Source: an uncultured Methanomassiliicoccales archaeon
GTDB lineage: Archaea > Thermoplasmatota > Thermoplasmata > Methanomassiliicoccales > UBA472
Assembly (NCBI GenBank): GCA_963695345.1
Contig: OY968769.1
Coordinates: forward strand, 64,001-128,000
DNA length: 64,000 nucleotides
Direction: 5' to 3'
Shown: positions 33,143 through 43,952 of the stretch, one piece after another
How positions within the stretch are numbered: position 1 is the first letter of the stretch
How the letters are laid out: every line of letters begins with the position of its first letter
The notes under the pieces: generated by a model
Database searches by the model: none
The model's input: only the letters and a program-made list of their open reading frames with translations
What the model was told of the DNA's origin: nothing
Translations under genes and position numbers: made by a program

Positions 33143-34864
33143 CTATGCTGCTCTTATTCCGTCCCGCGGTGGGGCAATAACGAATTTTGCCCCTTTCTCT
33201 AGCTCGCCATCTTCGGTTATCGTTATGCCAGTAATTGCGAGGATCTCACGGGAAAGGAACAGCCCGAAGCCATGGTCCTTCCCTACACCTTTAATGAAAA
33301 GTCTTGTCTTCATTTCTGGGGAGATGCCGACACCATCATCTTCGCAGACTATGGCACGGACTCCATCATGTTCTTCGAGATAGAAGTGGATGATTGTCAC
33401 TATTTCGCCATGAATTACTGAGTTATACATCAGGTTATGGAAGACCTTGACTGTCATGGGGTCAGCGAATAACTCGACGCCTGCTGGAATGCCGTTCACT
33501 ACTCTAACCTTTTCTAATTGCATAGTTGCTTGGGCATTTGCTATCAGTGTCCCAACATTCTGCCAGATAGGAGAGTGGATACCAATGTCTTCATACTCTT
33601 TGGTGAATTGGACCATTGTAGATATTCTCTCGGCCGACGTCACTGCCTTGCTCAGATACTCCTCAGTTAAAGGATCGTATTCATTTCTTTCCAGCAAAGC
33701 CAGATTGCCTGATAGCACCATTATCTGGTTATTAAGATCGTGCCGTGTGATGCTGGATAGGAGGTTCAACTTCTTGTTGGCGAGCGTGAGTGCGGTCGTT
33801 GTCCTTTTTTGTTCCGAGATATCCCTGACCACCGATATGACCACATTCTGACCCTGCAATTTCACAACATGGGCATTGACCTCCACCGGGACGATGACCC
33901 CATCTTTGCGGCGATGTCCTGTGACGAATCTAGCTTCACCCGTATTCCTCAGGGTCGTTTGTATCTCTTCCCTTGTTGGATCGTAATAATCAGTGGAAAT
34001 GTCAGCGGGGGCCAATCCAAGCATTTCTTCTCGGGAGTAGCCAAGCATATTACACCCAACCGCGTTGATGTCCATGAAGCGCCCTAAGACACCACCTTCG
34101 GTGAATTCATATATCTGAATTCCGTCATTGGCATGGTTGAATATATCACGGAACTTCTCTTCACTTTCTCGTAATCTACTCTCCATTCTATTACGCTCGG
34201 TTACATCCACTAAGGATATCACAAGCTCATGCGGATCAATATGGCTTCCAGATACCAGGCATGTCCGTGCATCGCCCGATTGAGAGCTTACGACCATCTC
34301 AATGTCAGCAAAATCCTGGGTCGTTCCATGCAATTCTTTGATTTTTAGAATATCTTTCTCCTTGAAGAAGAGTTTAAGGTCTTTACCTTCGACCGTCTCA
34401 TTCCCTGTGATCTCATGGAATCTTCTGTTCGCCTCCTTGATTTTTTCGTCATCTGATAATACAGCAACCATTCCCGATTCCGATTTTGAGAAGATGGTAT
34501 GATATCTCTTTCTTTCATTATCAAGTCTGATCGAAAGATATGCCACAACAATGGATATTAGAACGAAAATGACAGATCGTATTAGGGCCTGAAACAACGG
34601 GTCAATTTGCGGGCTATAGTAAGCGCTCAGGAACAAGTAAGTTGCGCTCAAAGTAAGAGTGAAGATCACCCCCCTCCACTTGTACCAGTATGCTGCTAGG
34701 ATGATAGCGAAATAGTATATGTTCTGGAAAACAATGGTAGTCCCTTGAGATAAGTAATATACTGTGATTGCCAGATCTGCAATTGTACTGATCGCAATGA
34801 TCATCAATACATATCGTCCCGCTAAACTGGATATGTTCAGAGGTGGTTTCCTTTCGTTTTTCAA
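33143..34864 (-). CDS. Membrane-bound PAS-domain sensor histidine kinase
   Basis: Four N-terminal TM helices, two PAS domains, TRHDLNN H-box, EDDGVG and GFGLFL boxes. Confidence 0.9.
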   Translation of the reverse strand: MKNERKPPLNISSLAGRYVLMIIAISTIADLAITVYYLSQGTTIVFQNIYYFAIILAAYWYKWRGVIFTLTLSATYLFLSAYYSPQIDPLFQALIRSVIFVLISIVVAYLSIRLDNERKRYHTIFSKSESGMVAVLSDDEKIKEANRRFHEITGNETVEGKDLKLFFKEKDILKIKELHGTTQDFADIEMVVSSQSGDARTCLVSGSHIDPHELVISLVDVTERNRMESRLRESEEKFRDIFNHANDGIQIYEFTEGGVLGRFMDINAVGCNMLGYSREEMLGLAPADISTDYYDPTREEIQTTLRNTGEARFVTGHRRKDGVIVPVEVNAHVVKLQGQNVVISVVRDISEQKRTTTALTLANKKLNLLSSITRHDLNNQIMVLSGNLALLERNEYDPLTEEYLSKAVTSAERISTMVQFTKEYEDIGIHSPIWQNVGTLIANAQATMQLEKVRVVNGIPAGVELFADPMTVKVFHNLMYNSVIHGEIVTIIHFYLEEHDGVRAIVCEDDGVGISPEMKTRLFIKGVGKDHGFGLFLSREILAITGITITEDGELEKGAKFVIAPPRDGIRAA

Positions 34865-35090
34865 GAACCTGACCTATCTTGCCGATTAAGGTATTGATAT
34901 GATAAGCATTTCGACAAAAATATTCGATGAAGCCAGTCCGCTATGTTGCCCATTCTTGCTGGTAAACCTCGGACAAGATCCGTCGTATTCGTACATCCCT
35001 AGGATATTCGAATTTCGGTTTTAACGATAGTGAATTGTATTAGCTAGATGTCGATAGAGCTTATTAATGCTTAGGTTAGGCTTATGATCA

Positions 35091-35134
35091 TATTCCTAGC
35101 GATTCAAGGGTTCAAATCCCTTCCCCTGCACCAC
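35091..35134 (+). repeat. attR-like copy of the tRNA-Leu 3' end
   Basis: TATTCCTAGCGATTCAAGGGTTCAAATCCCTTCCCCTGCACCAC, identical to 32611-32654. Confidence 0.92.
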
Positions 35135-35334
35135 TCAAATCAAAATACGTTTTGGAAAGTAGCGAGAAGTTATCTTTCGTCATTCTTTCGGGCTATATCA
35201 CAAAGGATGAGTCGTCAGCCTGTTCGATTCTGGAAGGCAACATCCTGCTGGCGATACTCAGGCCCTATGGGATTAATAACTTCACGTGATTTTACGCACA
35301 TCGTTCGCAATCGTCACTATGGAGTTATGCTCAA

Positions 35335-36967
35335 ATGAGCCAAGGCAACAAGATCGCAGCCCTTCTGATCGTCGCACTGGTCCTTGCCGCAGGTCTGTCC
35401 GTGAGTGCTCGTTCAGTCGGAAAGTGTGGATGAAAGGAGACTGGCGATCATCGTGACCAACGACCTTCATAGCCACGTCGTGAGCTTCAAGAACTCCACT
35501 GGAATTGACGTGGGAGGACTGGACCGGATATCATCATGCGCCAAGAGCGTTGAGGCCCGCTACTACGATACCCTTCTGGTGTCATCGGGTGATGATGTCT
35601 CCGGTAATTTCTTCAACACTTTCCAGGGCATACCGGAAATGACCGCAATGTCCCGCATCGGTTATGATGTGGCCACACCCGGCAACCACGAGTTCGAATA
35701 CGGCCTGGATGATTACCGTATCGCATTGAACGGTGCAGACGGGGAGATCATCTCGTCGAATCTCAGGTTCGATGACCAAGTGGTGAACTCCACCGTACAC
35801 GAATCAGGCATCAAGACGCTCGGCAACCTCAAGGTGGGATTCTTCGGCCTTACCACGCCTGACCTTCCGACCCTGGTGAAGTTGGACCAGAGGGTGACCG
35901 TGCTGAAGGATGTGATCAACATCTCCAGGGCCATGGTTGCCCATTTGGAGGGTGAGGGTGTGGACATGATCGTGGCATTGTCCCACTGCGGGGTGGATGT
36001 GGACAGGTCGATCGCCGGGAATGTCAGCGGCATCGACCTGATCGTTGGCGGACATGATCACATCAACTACCATCATGTCATCGAAAGCCCTGATGGCTGG
36101 AGCACTCAGATCGTCCAGGACGGCTGCTTCGGAGAGAAACTGGGCGTGATGAGCTTCCGATTTGGCGGAGGTATGGAGGATGTTGAATGGCAACAGGTCC
36201 CTTTGACGGCGGACGTCGGTTCGGACCCGGCGATCCTTGACTATTTGGCACCGTACATGGCCGAATACGAGCACCAGTTCTCCAAATTGATCGGCAACAC
36301 CACAACGGCTCTTGATGCCAGAAAGATCGCCATCAGGCACACCGAGACGAACCTGGGGAACCTGGTCGCAGATGCCATACAAGACGCGTTCCCAGATGCC
36401 GACGTCGCGGTATTCAACAGCGGTTCTATCCGGGGGGACACCGTCTACCCATCGGGCAACATATCATTGATGACCGTGGATTCGATCCTGCCATACGCGA
36501 ACACGGTCTATCTGGTGAAGGTCACCGGCGCACAACTGAAACAGGTCCTGGAGATCTCAGCTGCCAGCAACCGAACATCAGGGGATGGGTGGCCCGGGGA
36601 TAGGATATCGGACGCGGCTTTCCTTCAGGTGTCTGGAGTGCGATGCACCATCAACACGAACGCCACCCCATTCTGCGCGTTGTATAACGGTAGTTCCGTG
36701 CGGGAAATATTCCACCTTGGGGAGAGGGTGAGCCAGGTTCATGTCATGCTCGAAGGTGTCTGGACCGACCTGGACCTGAACGCCACCTATACGATGGCAA
36801 CGAGCGATTATCTGCAGGCCGGCAGTGATGGGTACTATATTCTGGGAGACATACCCACTGAGTCCAAGTTGTTCACCTCAAAGGCCATGCAAGACATTCT
36901 GGCCGATTATGTGAGGACACACTCGCCGATATCGCCTTTTGTGGACCACCGGATCTTGATGGAGTGA
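35335..36967 (+). CDS. Secreted 5'-nucleotidase/UDP-sugar hydrolase; apparent frameshift after the signal peptide
   Basis: MSQGNKIAALLIVALVLAAG signal; NDLHS, GDD, GNHEF, LSH, GGHDH, NSGSIR motifs. Confidence 0.88.
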
Positions 36968-37015
36968 GCCGACTATTCCAGAAGCATGACCATGATGTGC
37001 TCGTCGAATCATATT

Positions 37016-37076
37016 GCCTTTGACCAACGGCATAGGAATTAGGATCCCGTCCCTAGCCATAGAGGTTCGAATCCCT
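37016..37076 (+). repeat. Degenerate tRNA-Leu(TAG) fragment (older att-like scar)
   Basis: TGACCAACGGCATAGGAATTAGGATCCCGTCCCTAGCCATAGAGGTTCGAATCCCT aligns with tRNA positions 32584-32641 with scattered substitutions. Confidence 0.65.
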
Positions 37077-37667
37077 ATATTTTTAAAACGATTCTCAGCT
37101 ACCACGGGCAGCCCCGATTTCTTAATTAATGTTCCAGACTTGACATCCTTACTCATCGATGTTAAAGTCAGAGATCGAAAACCAGCTGGACAGAACAGTC
37201 TCAAATCCTCTCTCAACTGAAAGCCCCTTTATGTGAAATATTCAGATTTTCATAAAATGAGGGAACTAGAACGCAGAATGAGAATATGCACATGGTATGC
37301 GTTCATCGAACAGAACGGCGAAAGGGAAATATTTAGCTCGCCAGCTTATCTAATTCCTATTTCTAGAGTGGAAAGACACTTGCCACACCATATGATTGAA
37401 AAACTGAAATAACGAGAAAGAAGAAAAATGGGAAATCAGAATTCCTTTTCATTGCATGAACGAGTGGAACTCCATGATTGACCTATCAGACAAATGTCAA
37501 GGATGCAACTTGAGATATTGCATCATTAGTCCAAAATGAACCGAATCCCAAGTCGGGGATTGTATTTCAATCGCATCACTTAAAATCAAGAGGATCAGCT
37601 CATATGATGGTTACTTACCGATCTGTTGAAATTCTTCCCTTCATTATTCATCCGATTGTTGAGCTCT

Positions 37668-37955
37668 TTATTTGACCGAATCAAGAATGGACATGAGTCC
37701 GGTCTTCAGCGATTTCTTTGGCGGAGCCTTCTTTCTGGTGGTCTTCGCTTTGGTGCTATTCGCCTTTTGAACCTTCTTCACGGGAGCTTTCTTCTCGGGC
37801 TTGGGCTTGACGGTTTTGGTTACTGGTTTATTGACCTCCACTCGGTCAAGCCTTTTTTCCAGTTCGTTTATCCTCTCGATGATCTCGTTCATCTTCTCCG
37901 CTTTCAAAAGGTCCCCGACCTTAACCTTAGCTAAGGGTTTCTCCATACTTACCAT
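37668..37955 (-). CDS. Small basic protein: coiled coil plus Lys-rich tail
   Basis: KMNEIIERINELEKRLDRVE then KPKPEKKAPVKK; decayed paralog at 42677-42943. Confidence 0.6.
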   Translation of the reverse strand: MVSMEKPLAKVKVGDLLKAEKMNEIIERINELEKRLDRVEVNKPVTKTVKPKPEKKAPVKKVQKANSTKAKTTRKKAPPKKSLKTGLMSILDSVK

Positions 37956-38225
37956 CCCTAGTATTTGCTAGGGATTTTGAGAATATAATGTATGGGATTA
38001 CATATATGGGGCGATCAATGAATCCGATCTAACCAAGCCTCGCGAAAGGTCCTGCATCTCGAGAGGTGCCCGCGCTTCGGTGAACGGAATGAAAACCCAT
38101 ACCAGGCCGGCGGAACCACCTCGATATCTCGGCCAGACATCCAACGAAGGGGAAACAGGTCGACCGTGGGACACAAGCCCGAATGCTCGATCGATCATCG
38201 TGGTCCCGCCGGCCACTAGTACCGC

Positions 38226-40661
38226 TTATAGGACGAAGATGACCATGACGAAGTACATGACCAGCGTCGGAACGAACAGCACGGCCCAGGCCCACTTCTT
38301 CCATTTGTACACCTTGTGGCCATCCATCGGCACGAAGGGCATCATGGCATAGGCGGCGGTCAGCAGGTTCATCGATGCACCCAGCTTTCCTAGGGTCGAA
38401 GCCGTTCCCCCCAGCGGTATGAGGGCGGCGAACAGCCCGAACAGGATGATGCTCACCACCGGGCCTGAACCGTAGACCATGGCCTGCTGCTTCACCGTCA
38501 TCTTGTCTGCCTCCTCGATGGCCAGCCTCGAGGGCGACGAGTACACCACCCCAAAGGCGAGGGCGGTGATGAACATGATGGCGGTCCCCAGGAACCAGAA
38601 CTTGTACTCCGTGGGAACGTTGTGACGCCAGGCCATATATCGGTGCACCAGGTCATGGATGGAGACGGCCAGGCCTGCCACCACAATGTAGATCAGCCAA
38701 TCACCGAGGGATCCGAGGTCGATGTGGTTGGTGAGCATGAACGCCAGCCCGAGGAAGACCGATGTGAAGAATATCACGCTCATCTCCCAACCCGAGAAGC
38801 CGGCGAACATTGGTCGTCTCTGCACCACGTTGGTGCCTTCAGGCTCGACCTTAGCCACCTGTTTCCAGACGTAGGAATGTGCCCTTCCTTTGAAATAGCC
38901 CGACACGAAATCGAAAACCTTGTCCAGCCGGAACAGCCTCCTGAGATAGGACCGGACCGAGTCGACCCCGTTGGACACGGCGGTCGCCGTCTCCGTGGCC
39001 CTGCTGACCACGAAGGCCCCTATCAGGGCGAGACCTGAGCCCACTGCCACGGCCGCCACCGGCGGCAGCGCCGCCTGCATCATCGAGGACGATGTTGGCT
39101 TTCCTTGGATGGAGGATTGCGCTCCCGCTCCGATCGAGTTCACCGCGACCACGTAGTATGAGTAGCTGTCGTTCGCCGTGCCGTTCGTGTCCAAATACGT
39201 CAAGGTACCGGCCGTAACGTTACCAATGATAGCATATTGGCCTCCCGAGGAATTGGCCCGGTAGATGTCATAGCGCAATATGCTGGACCCTCCGTCCTCG
39301 GCCGGTACGTTCCAAGTGAGGGTTATGTTGTTCGGATTGAACCTGACCATGAGTCCCTGGGGCGCCGACGGGGTCGTCGGGCCCCCCAGGTTCACGATCA
39401 CCTCGTTGGTCGGCAGGCTCAGGCCGACGGAGTTGGTCGCCCTTACGGCGTAATAATAGTTCATTCCGGGGGTCACCGTGTTGTCCACGAAGGTGGTCGT
39501 TCCCGGGGTCTCGGTGGCAATCCCCACATAGACGCCCGAGCTTACCCCCCGGTAGACGATGTACCAGCCGATGCCTGGACTGCCAGCGTCGGCAGGAGCA
39601 GCCCAGGTGAGGACGACCATGTTATTTCCTGTGACGGCCCGCAGGCCGGTCGGAGCACCGGGTACGGTTTGCGTCCCGGCCAGGACTGAACCCATGGTCA
39701 GTCCGCCAAATGAGCCTCCTGTCGCCGGGAAGTTCGAGGCGGCGAGAGCGTGACCCTTTAACTCGGTCGGTGTGCCCGAAAACCAAAAGGTACCCAAGCT
39801 GGTCGGGGCGGTGAGCCCCATGAATGATATGGAGGTCAGGGCAGAGCATCCCTTGAAGGCACTGGGTCCGATGCTGGTGACGCCTCTGCCGATAGTGACG
39901 GAGGTCACCGATCTGCAGCCATCGAAGGCATATTCGCCGATCTTGGTGACATTCTCGGGAATGGTGATGGAGGAAAGGGCCCAGCAGCCGGCGAACGTGT
40001 CATTTTCGATGATCGTGAGGCTCTCCGGGATGGTGATTGAGGAAAGGGCGATGCATGAGGAGAATGCGTATTCCCCTATATGGGTGACCCCTTCCGGGAT
40101 GGTCACCGAGGTCAGAACGATGCAACTATCGAAGGCGGCGGTGCCAATGGATGTGACGCTGCTTGGAATGGTGACGGAGGTGAGGGAGGTACAGTGCTCG
40201 AAGGTGTAGTCGCCGATCGTCTGGACGCCGTCGGGAATGGTGACGGAGGTGAGGGCGGGACAGTAGTCAAAGGCATAGTTTCCGATCGTCTGGACACTGT
40301 TTGGGATGTTGACGTAAGTAAGCGCTGAGCATTGCTCGAATGCGAAATCGTCGATCGTCTGGACGCCGTTCGGTATGGTCACGGAAGTTATCGCTCCATT
40401 GTTGGTGAAGGCCGAGTCCCCGATCGCCACCGTGGCGTACCCGCCCAAAATAGAGGGTACCGTGATCGCTCCGCCGGCTCCAGTGTATCCGGTAACCGTG
40501 GCCGCCAGTGGACTGCCCTCGACCGTATACATGAAGTCCCCGTCCTGGGAAGCGGCCGCTGTCTCTGATCCGAACAGAAGCACCGAACTCGAGACCAGCA
40601 ATAACCCTATGAGCAAGAACCCCCCGACTCTTGCTAGACTCTTCTCTGCCACAGCACCCAT
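38226..40661 (-). CDS. BspA-type LRR plus two Fn3 surface protein fused to a C-terminal M50-like membrane domain
   Basis: Signal peptide, about 9 LRR units, two Fn3 domains, TM, then HDLVH, SGP and MMPFVPMDG motifs. Confidence 0.82.
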   Translation of the reverse strand: MGAVAEKSLARVGGFLLIGLLLVSSSVLLFGSETAAASQDGDFMYTVEGSPLAATVTGYTGAGGAITVPSILGGYATVAIGDSAFTNNGAITSVTIPNGVQTIDDFAFEQCSALTYVNIPNSVQTIGNYAFDYCPALTSVTIPDGVQTIGDYTFEHCTSLTSVTIPSSVTSIGTAAFDSCIVLTSVTIPEGVTHIGEYAFSSCIALSSITIPESLTIIENDTFAGCWALSSITIPENVTKIGEYAFDGCRSVTSVTIGRGVTSIGPSAFKGCSALTSISFMGLTAPTSLGTFWFSGTPTELKGHALAASNFPATGGSFGGLTMGSVLAGTQTVPGAPTGLRAVTGNNMVVLTWAAPADAGSPGIGWYIVYRGVSSGVYVGIATETPGTTTFVDNTVTPGMNYYYAVRATNSVGLSLPTNEVIVNLGGPTTPSAPQGLMVRFNPNNITLTWNVPAEDGGSSILRYDIYRANSSGGQYAIIGNVTAGTLTYLDTNGTANDSYSYYVVAVNSIGAGAQSSIQGKPTSSSMMQAALPPVAAVAVGSGLALIGAFVVSRATETATAVSNGVDSVRSYLRRLFRLDKVFDFVSGYFKGRAHSYVWKQVAKVEPEGTNVVQRRPMFAGFSGWEMSVIFFTSVFLGLAFMLTNHIDLGSLGDWLIYIVVAGLAVSIHDLVHRYMAWRHNVPTEYKFWFLGTAIMFITALAFGVVYSSPSRLAIEEADKMTVKQQAMVYGSGPVVSIILFGLFAALIPLGGTASTLGKLGASMNLLTAAYAMMPFVPMDGHKVYKWKKWAWAVLFVPTLVMYFVMVIFVL

Positions 40662-41023
40662 TCAAACACCCCAAGACAAAGACAAATTGGAGCGATGTAT
40701 CGTCCCAAGCGTAACTTAATGATTTGCCAATAATGAGCCCTGTGGAATATTGAGTGGGTCTTACCAACATCTCTATTCTTGAAGACTCATTGAAATTGAT
40801 GGGGCAAGAAATCACTTGGCTGACAGCTCAACGGCATTGTCACAAATTAGATGTCTGGCTCATCGTGGATAATTGCATAAAATTACCCGCATTTAAATAA
40901 ATATATTGTATAATGACAATTAATTTGCTAGGGAGAATCCAGAAAAAAGGAGACGGGATAATCATATCCCATCGAATGATTTTCCCTGCTGGGCTGCCAT
41001 TAAAATAATTCGTCCCTACGAGA

Positions 41024-41515
41024 TTACAGTTTTATCCCGATCAATACCCCGTGGACAAACCTCTTCGTTTCCTCAGATGCCGTGGTAACCAGCGGACCCT
41101 TCAGACCAGTGACGCCGATGTGGAGCACTTTCTCCTGAGCGTTGAACCCCATTTCCTTGGCTCGGTCACGGAGCTTCGGAGCCGCCCCGTTGGTGGCCCA
41201 CTTGCCTTTGTTCCTCTCATCCATATCCTCAGGAACATCCATCATGGTATCAAAGAAGATCACGGGTTGTTTGTTCCACCCCAAGGACTTCATCTCTTTC
41301 AAGAAATTTTTCGCGCTCCGGGTCTCCTTGAACATACGGGTCGGTGAGCCAAGGAACATGAAATCACCTGCCAATAACTTCGGATTGTCTTCAACCGACA
41401 TAATTTGGGCCTCGTGACCATCTTTTTGGATCTGGAGGACGATGGCCTCAGCGACCGTTTTTGTGTTTCCATATACGCTGTCATATGCAACAATACCTTT
41501 CATTTTCATCACCAT
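41024..41515 (-). CDS. Flavodoxin-like protein
   Basis: YDSVYGNTKTVAEAI, LGSPT. Confidence 0.85.
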   Translation of the reverse strand: MVMKMKGIVAYDSVYGNTKTVAEAIVLQIQKDGHEAQIMSVEDNPKLLAGDFMFLGSPTRMFKETRSAKNFLKEMKSLGWNKQPVIFFDTMMDVPEDMDERNKGKWATNGAAPKLRDRAKEMGFNAQEKVLHIGVTGLKGPLVTTASEETKRFVHGVLIGIKL

Positions 41516-41703
41516 GCTATTTTCAAATCGTACATTTTCTCACTATGGATCAATAATTGTCCTCGCTTCTCAAATCATCTGACCATATCGACATTCGGAC
41601 GGCCGACGGATATGTTACCAGAGTTTTCATAATACCCCACAGAATCACAGAAGGAATAATTAATATAATTCAATTACGTTTTAATAATTATTTATTAAAG
41701 GTG

Positions 41704-42459
41704 ATGACGATCGAATCTGAAAATGTTTTGAAAAGAATGGATAGGATTGAAAGTGACCTCATCGAACTGCGTTCATCGTTGTCTAGACCGAGAGGAAAGG
41801 AATACAAGCAGCACGTGGTGAGGTATGTTCATAATGCATTCATGGAATTCAACCGCACCAATATCATACAAAAGATAGACTGCATGAATGATTTTGATCA
41901 TTGCTCCAAACGAATGATTTGCATGAAGCACATCAGGGAAGAAATCGAGGCAGCCAGCCTTGCCTACATCCGAGGGGATTTTGAAAAATCTCAGTTCAAC
42001 ATGGAGGAACTGCGGAAAAAATGGGAGGAAATGGGCGAGATATGCGAGTCTGGAAACTGCAATAAGCACTTTGGGATAATCATCGCTGAGATCAGAGCGG
42101 CGTTGATATTGGCCATGAAGATAGAGATGAGTGATATGGAGACGACCCGAAAGATCGAGGAACAATCAGGTCCCTCCTTGGATGCTGCAAACACCTCGCT
42201 GAAGCTGGCCGCCATAGCACATCCTGCCCGATTGGAGATAATTTCCACTCTAGAGAAAAAGGAATTGGCCTTCTCCGAGCTCAGCAGGCAACTGAATCTC
42301 AGAACGGGGCACCTGCAATATCACCTCAAGGTGCTGGTGGAGGAGGGCTATGTACGAAAGGAGAGGAGGGGAGAGTACTCAATTACCCTACAAGGGCTGA
42401 CCGCTCTCGATGGGTTGAGGGAGTTCATGTCAGGCTTGAAGGATGTGGCCCCGGCTTGA
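41704..42459 (+). CDS. ArsR-type wHTH regulator with a Cys-containing N-terminal domain
   Basis: C-terminal AHPARLEII..FSELS..GHLQYHLKVL; N-terminal C-x5-C-x5-C and CxxxxC. Confidence 0.8.
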   Translation: MTIESENVLKRMDRIESDLIELRSSLSRPRGKEYKQHVVRYVHNAFMEFNRTNIIQKIDCMNDFDHCSKRMICMKHIREEIEAASLAYIRGDFEKSQFNMEELRKKWEEMGEICESGNCNKHFGIIIAEIRAALILAMKIEMSDMETTRKIEEQSGPSLDAANTSLKLAAIAHPARLEIISTLEKKELAFSELSRQLNLRTGHLQYHLKVLVEEGYVRKERRGEYSITLQGLTALDGLREFMSGLKDVAPA

Positions 42460-42676
42460 TAAATACTCATTCCCTAATGCCTGGTTCCATGGAAGGTCTG
42501 AGTTCTCCATCTGATCCGCATTGCTAGATTAGGAGCCAGTAATGCTGTCCAAGAAAGTTATCACCGGTGTCCAAATAGATCCTCATTCATGCCAATTGGT
42601 TGTATGTTCGAAGAAATGAACGAAGGACAAGAACAGTGTTATTCTCCATCCCCTTGACATACGAATGCTGAGCTCT

Positions 42677-42943
42677 TTACTTGACCAAGCCGATAGGGGA
42701 CAAGAGACTGGTCATCGGCGATTTTCTTTATTGGACCTTCCTTTCAGGATTATTCACTTTAAGGATCTTGCTTTATGGGACACTTAGCTTTGTCAGCATT
42801 GGTCTCAGCATTCTTCCTGGTAGGACTTTGGATTTTCCAGTTTGTCAAGCCTCTTCTCCAGCTCGTCAATCTTTGTGATAACTCGTTCATTTTGTCCGCC
42901 TCCAGGGGCCCCAGAACTTTTCTTGAGCTAAAGGCCCTGCCAT
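42677..42943 (-). pseudogene. Frameshifted paralog of the 37668-37955 protein
   Basis: MAGPLA..EADKMNE..KIDELEKRLDKLE..KSPMTSLLSPIGLVK* versus MEKPLA..KAEKMNE..ELEKRLD..KSLKTGLMSILDSVK*; shared 3' flank GAGCTCTTTA. Confidence 0.6.
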
Positions 42944-43103
42944 GATATCCCACTCCCTGAATGACTGGTTTTTCTGAGGATCAAAGGGTTAGGGTTTACA
43001 TCCCATCTCAAGTCCTTGGCAATTAGGTCGAAAGAATATCCTGGCCTCATTCCAGCATAATCCCGAACCTCATGGTTTCCCTGACCAAACCTGCCCGAAG
43101 ATG

Positions 43104-43871
43104 TTAGGGCCTGGCCTCATTCCATTGGTCTTCGAAGAGGTCCCTCATCCACCTCATTGATTCTGGATCGGTACCGGCGAGGACCTGGTAATCCATCTTC
43201 CCTTCCAGGTTCGGCAACGACATGCCCGCTGTCTTGTCGGTCAAAACCATCACGGAACAGATCCGGGGGATGAATCTCCTCTCCATTCCCTTTTCGACAA
43301 CGAGTTGTGTTTCTTCCATCGTCTCAGTGATACTTTCCTGCAGCAAGAACCTGACCTTCACTCCCTCCAACGAACGCTCCCTGAGTATCTTCCCATGGTG
43401 CTCCAAACCTTGATCGGACATCACATCGACCCACTTGGCGTTCTTGAAGATCTCGGAGACGGTATTGAGGTTGGGGACCGACTCGGTCAGAAGGACGGTC
43501 TTTGAGAGCTCGCCGAAACGGGCACGGAACTTTGGAGGGATGCGCGACGCATCATGTCCCAAGAAGTACTCCCTATGCTGGGAAAGGAATTGCATGGCGG
43601 AGGCGGATTCGAGGATGAGCTTGGCATACAGGGTGGAGCGATACTTGCCATCGGTGGTCTTCTCCAGGAGGTTGGCGTCCGTCAACCGCTGCAACTGCCT
43701 GAAGGCCTCGGTGGCGGTTATGTCCAGCTTCTTCGCGATCTCGTTCAGCTTGAGGTTCTGGGTCAGGAGCTCGTCGATTATCCTGCGCCGGTCCGCGCTT
43801 GATAGCTGAAAATAAAGCTCGGAGGACCGATCCTCATGGTCGTTCGTTTTCAACAAATGTAACACCAACAC
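43104..43871 (-). CDS. HTH transcriptional regulator (DUF1724/FilR1-like archaeal type)
   Basis: N-terminal HTH (LSSADRRRII..RQLQRL), YFLGHD..IP, C-terminal W..DLFEDQW. Confidence 0.75.
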   Translation of the reverse strand: MLVLHLLKTNDHEDRSSELYFQLSSADRRRIIDELLTQNLKLNEIAKKLDITATEAFRQLQRLTDANLLEKTTDGKYRSTLYAKLILESASAMQFLSQHREYFLGHDASRIPPKFRARFGELSKTVLLTESVPNLNTVSEIFKNAKWVDVMSDQGLEHHGKILRERSLEGVKVRFLLQESITETMEETQLVVEKGMERRFIPRICSVMVLTDKTAGMSLPNLEGKMDYQVLAGTDPESMRWMRDLFEDQWNEARP

Positions 43872-43952
43872 ACATCTGATAATGACAACACATTCGGCTC
43901 AAATAATGGTTATCAGCCCACCTACGCCCTCACCTGATCTGAGGCTAGGAAA

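Larger units (their letters stand above)
32611..35134. mobile_element. Degraded integrative element (~2.5 kb) bounded by direct repeats of the tRNA-Leu 3' half
   Basis: 44 bp at 32611-32654 repeated exactly at 35091-35134; contains an integrase-like fragment and a lower-GC cargo gene. Confidence 0.8.

Noticed and set aside
33140-33145. Pyrrolysine (TAG) read-through candidates, given the likely lineage
   Set aside because: The TAG stops I inspected (histidine kinase, L39e, MBL hydrolase, 10981 gene) fall at natural protein ends or are soon followed by another stop; no in-frame amber was found inside a conserved domain
37016-37076. Second functional tRNA-Leu gene
   Set aside because: The acceptor stem is missing and the anticodon stem is mismatched, so it is kept only as a scar
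43039-43124. 15-bp direct repeat CCTGGCCTCATTCCA near the end of the HTH regulator
   Set aside because: Probably a remnant of a paralog's 3' end; too short to support an element
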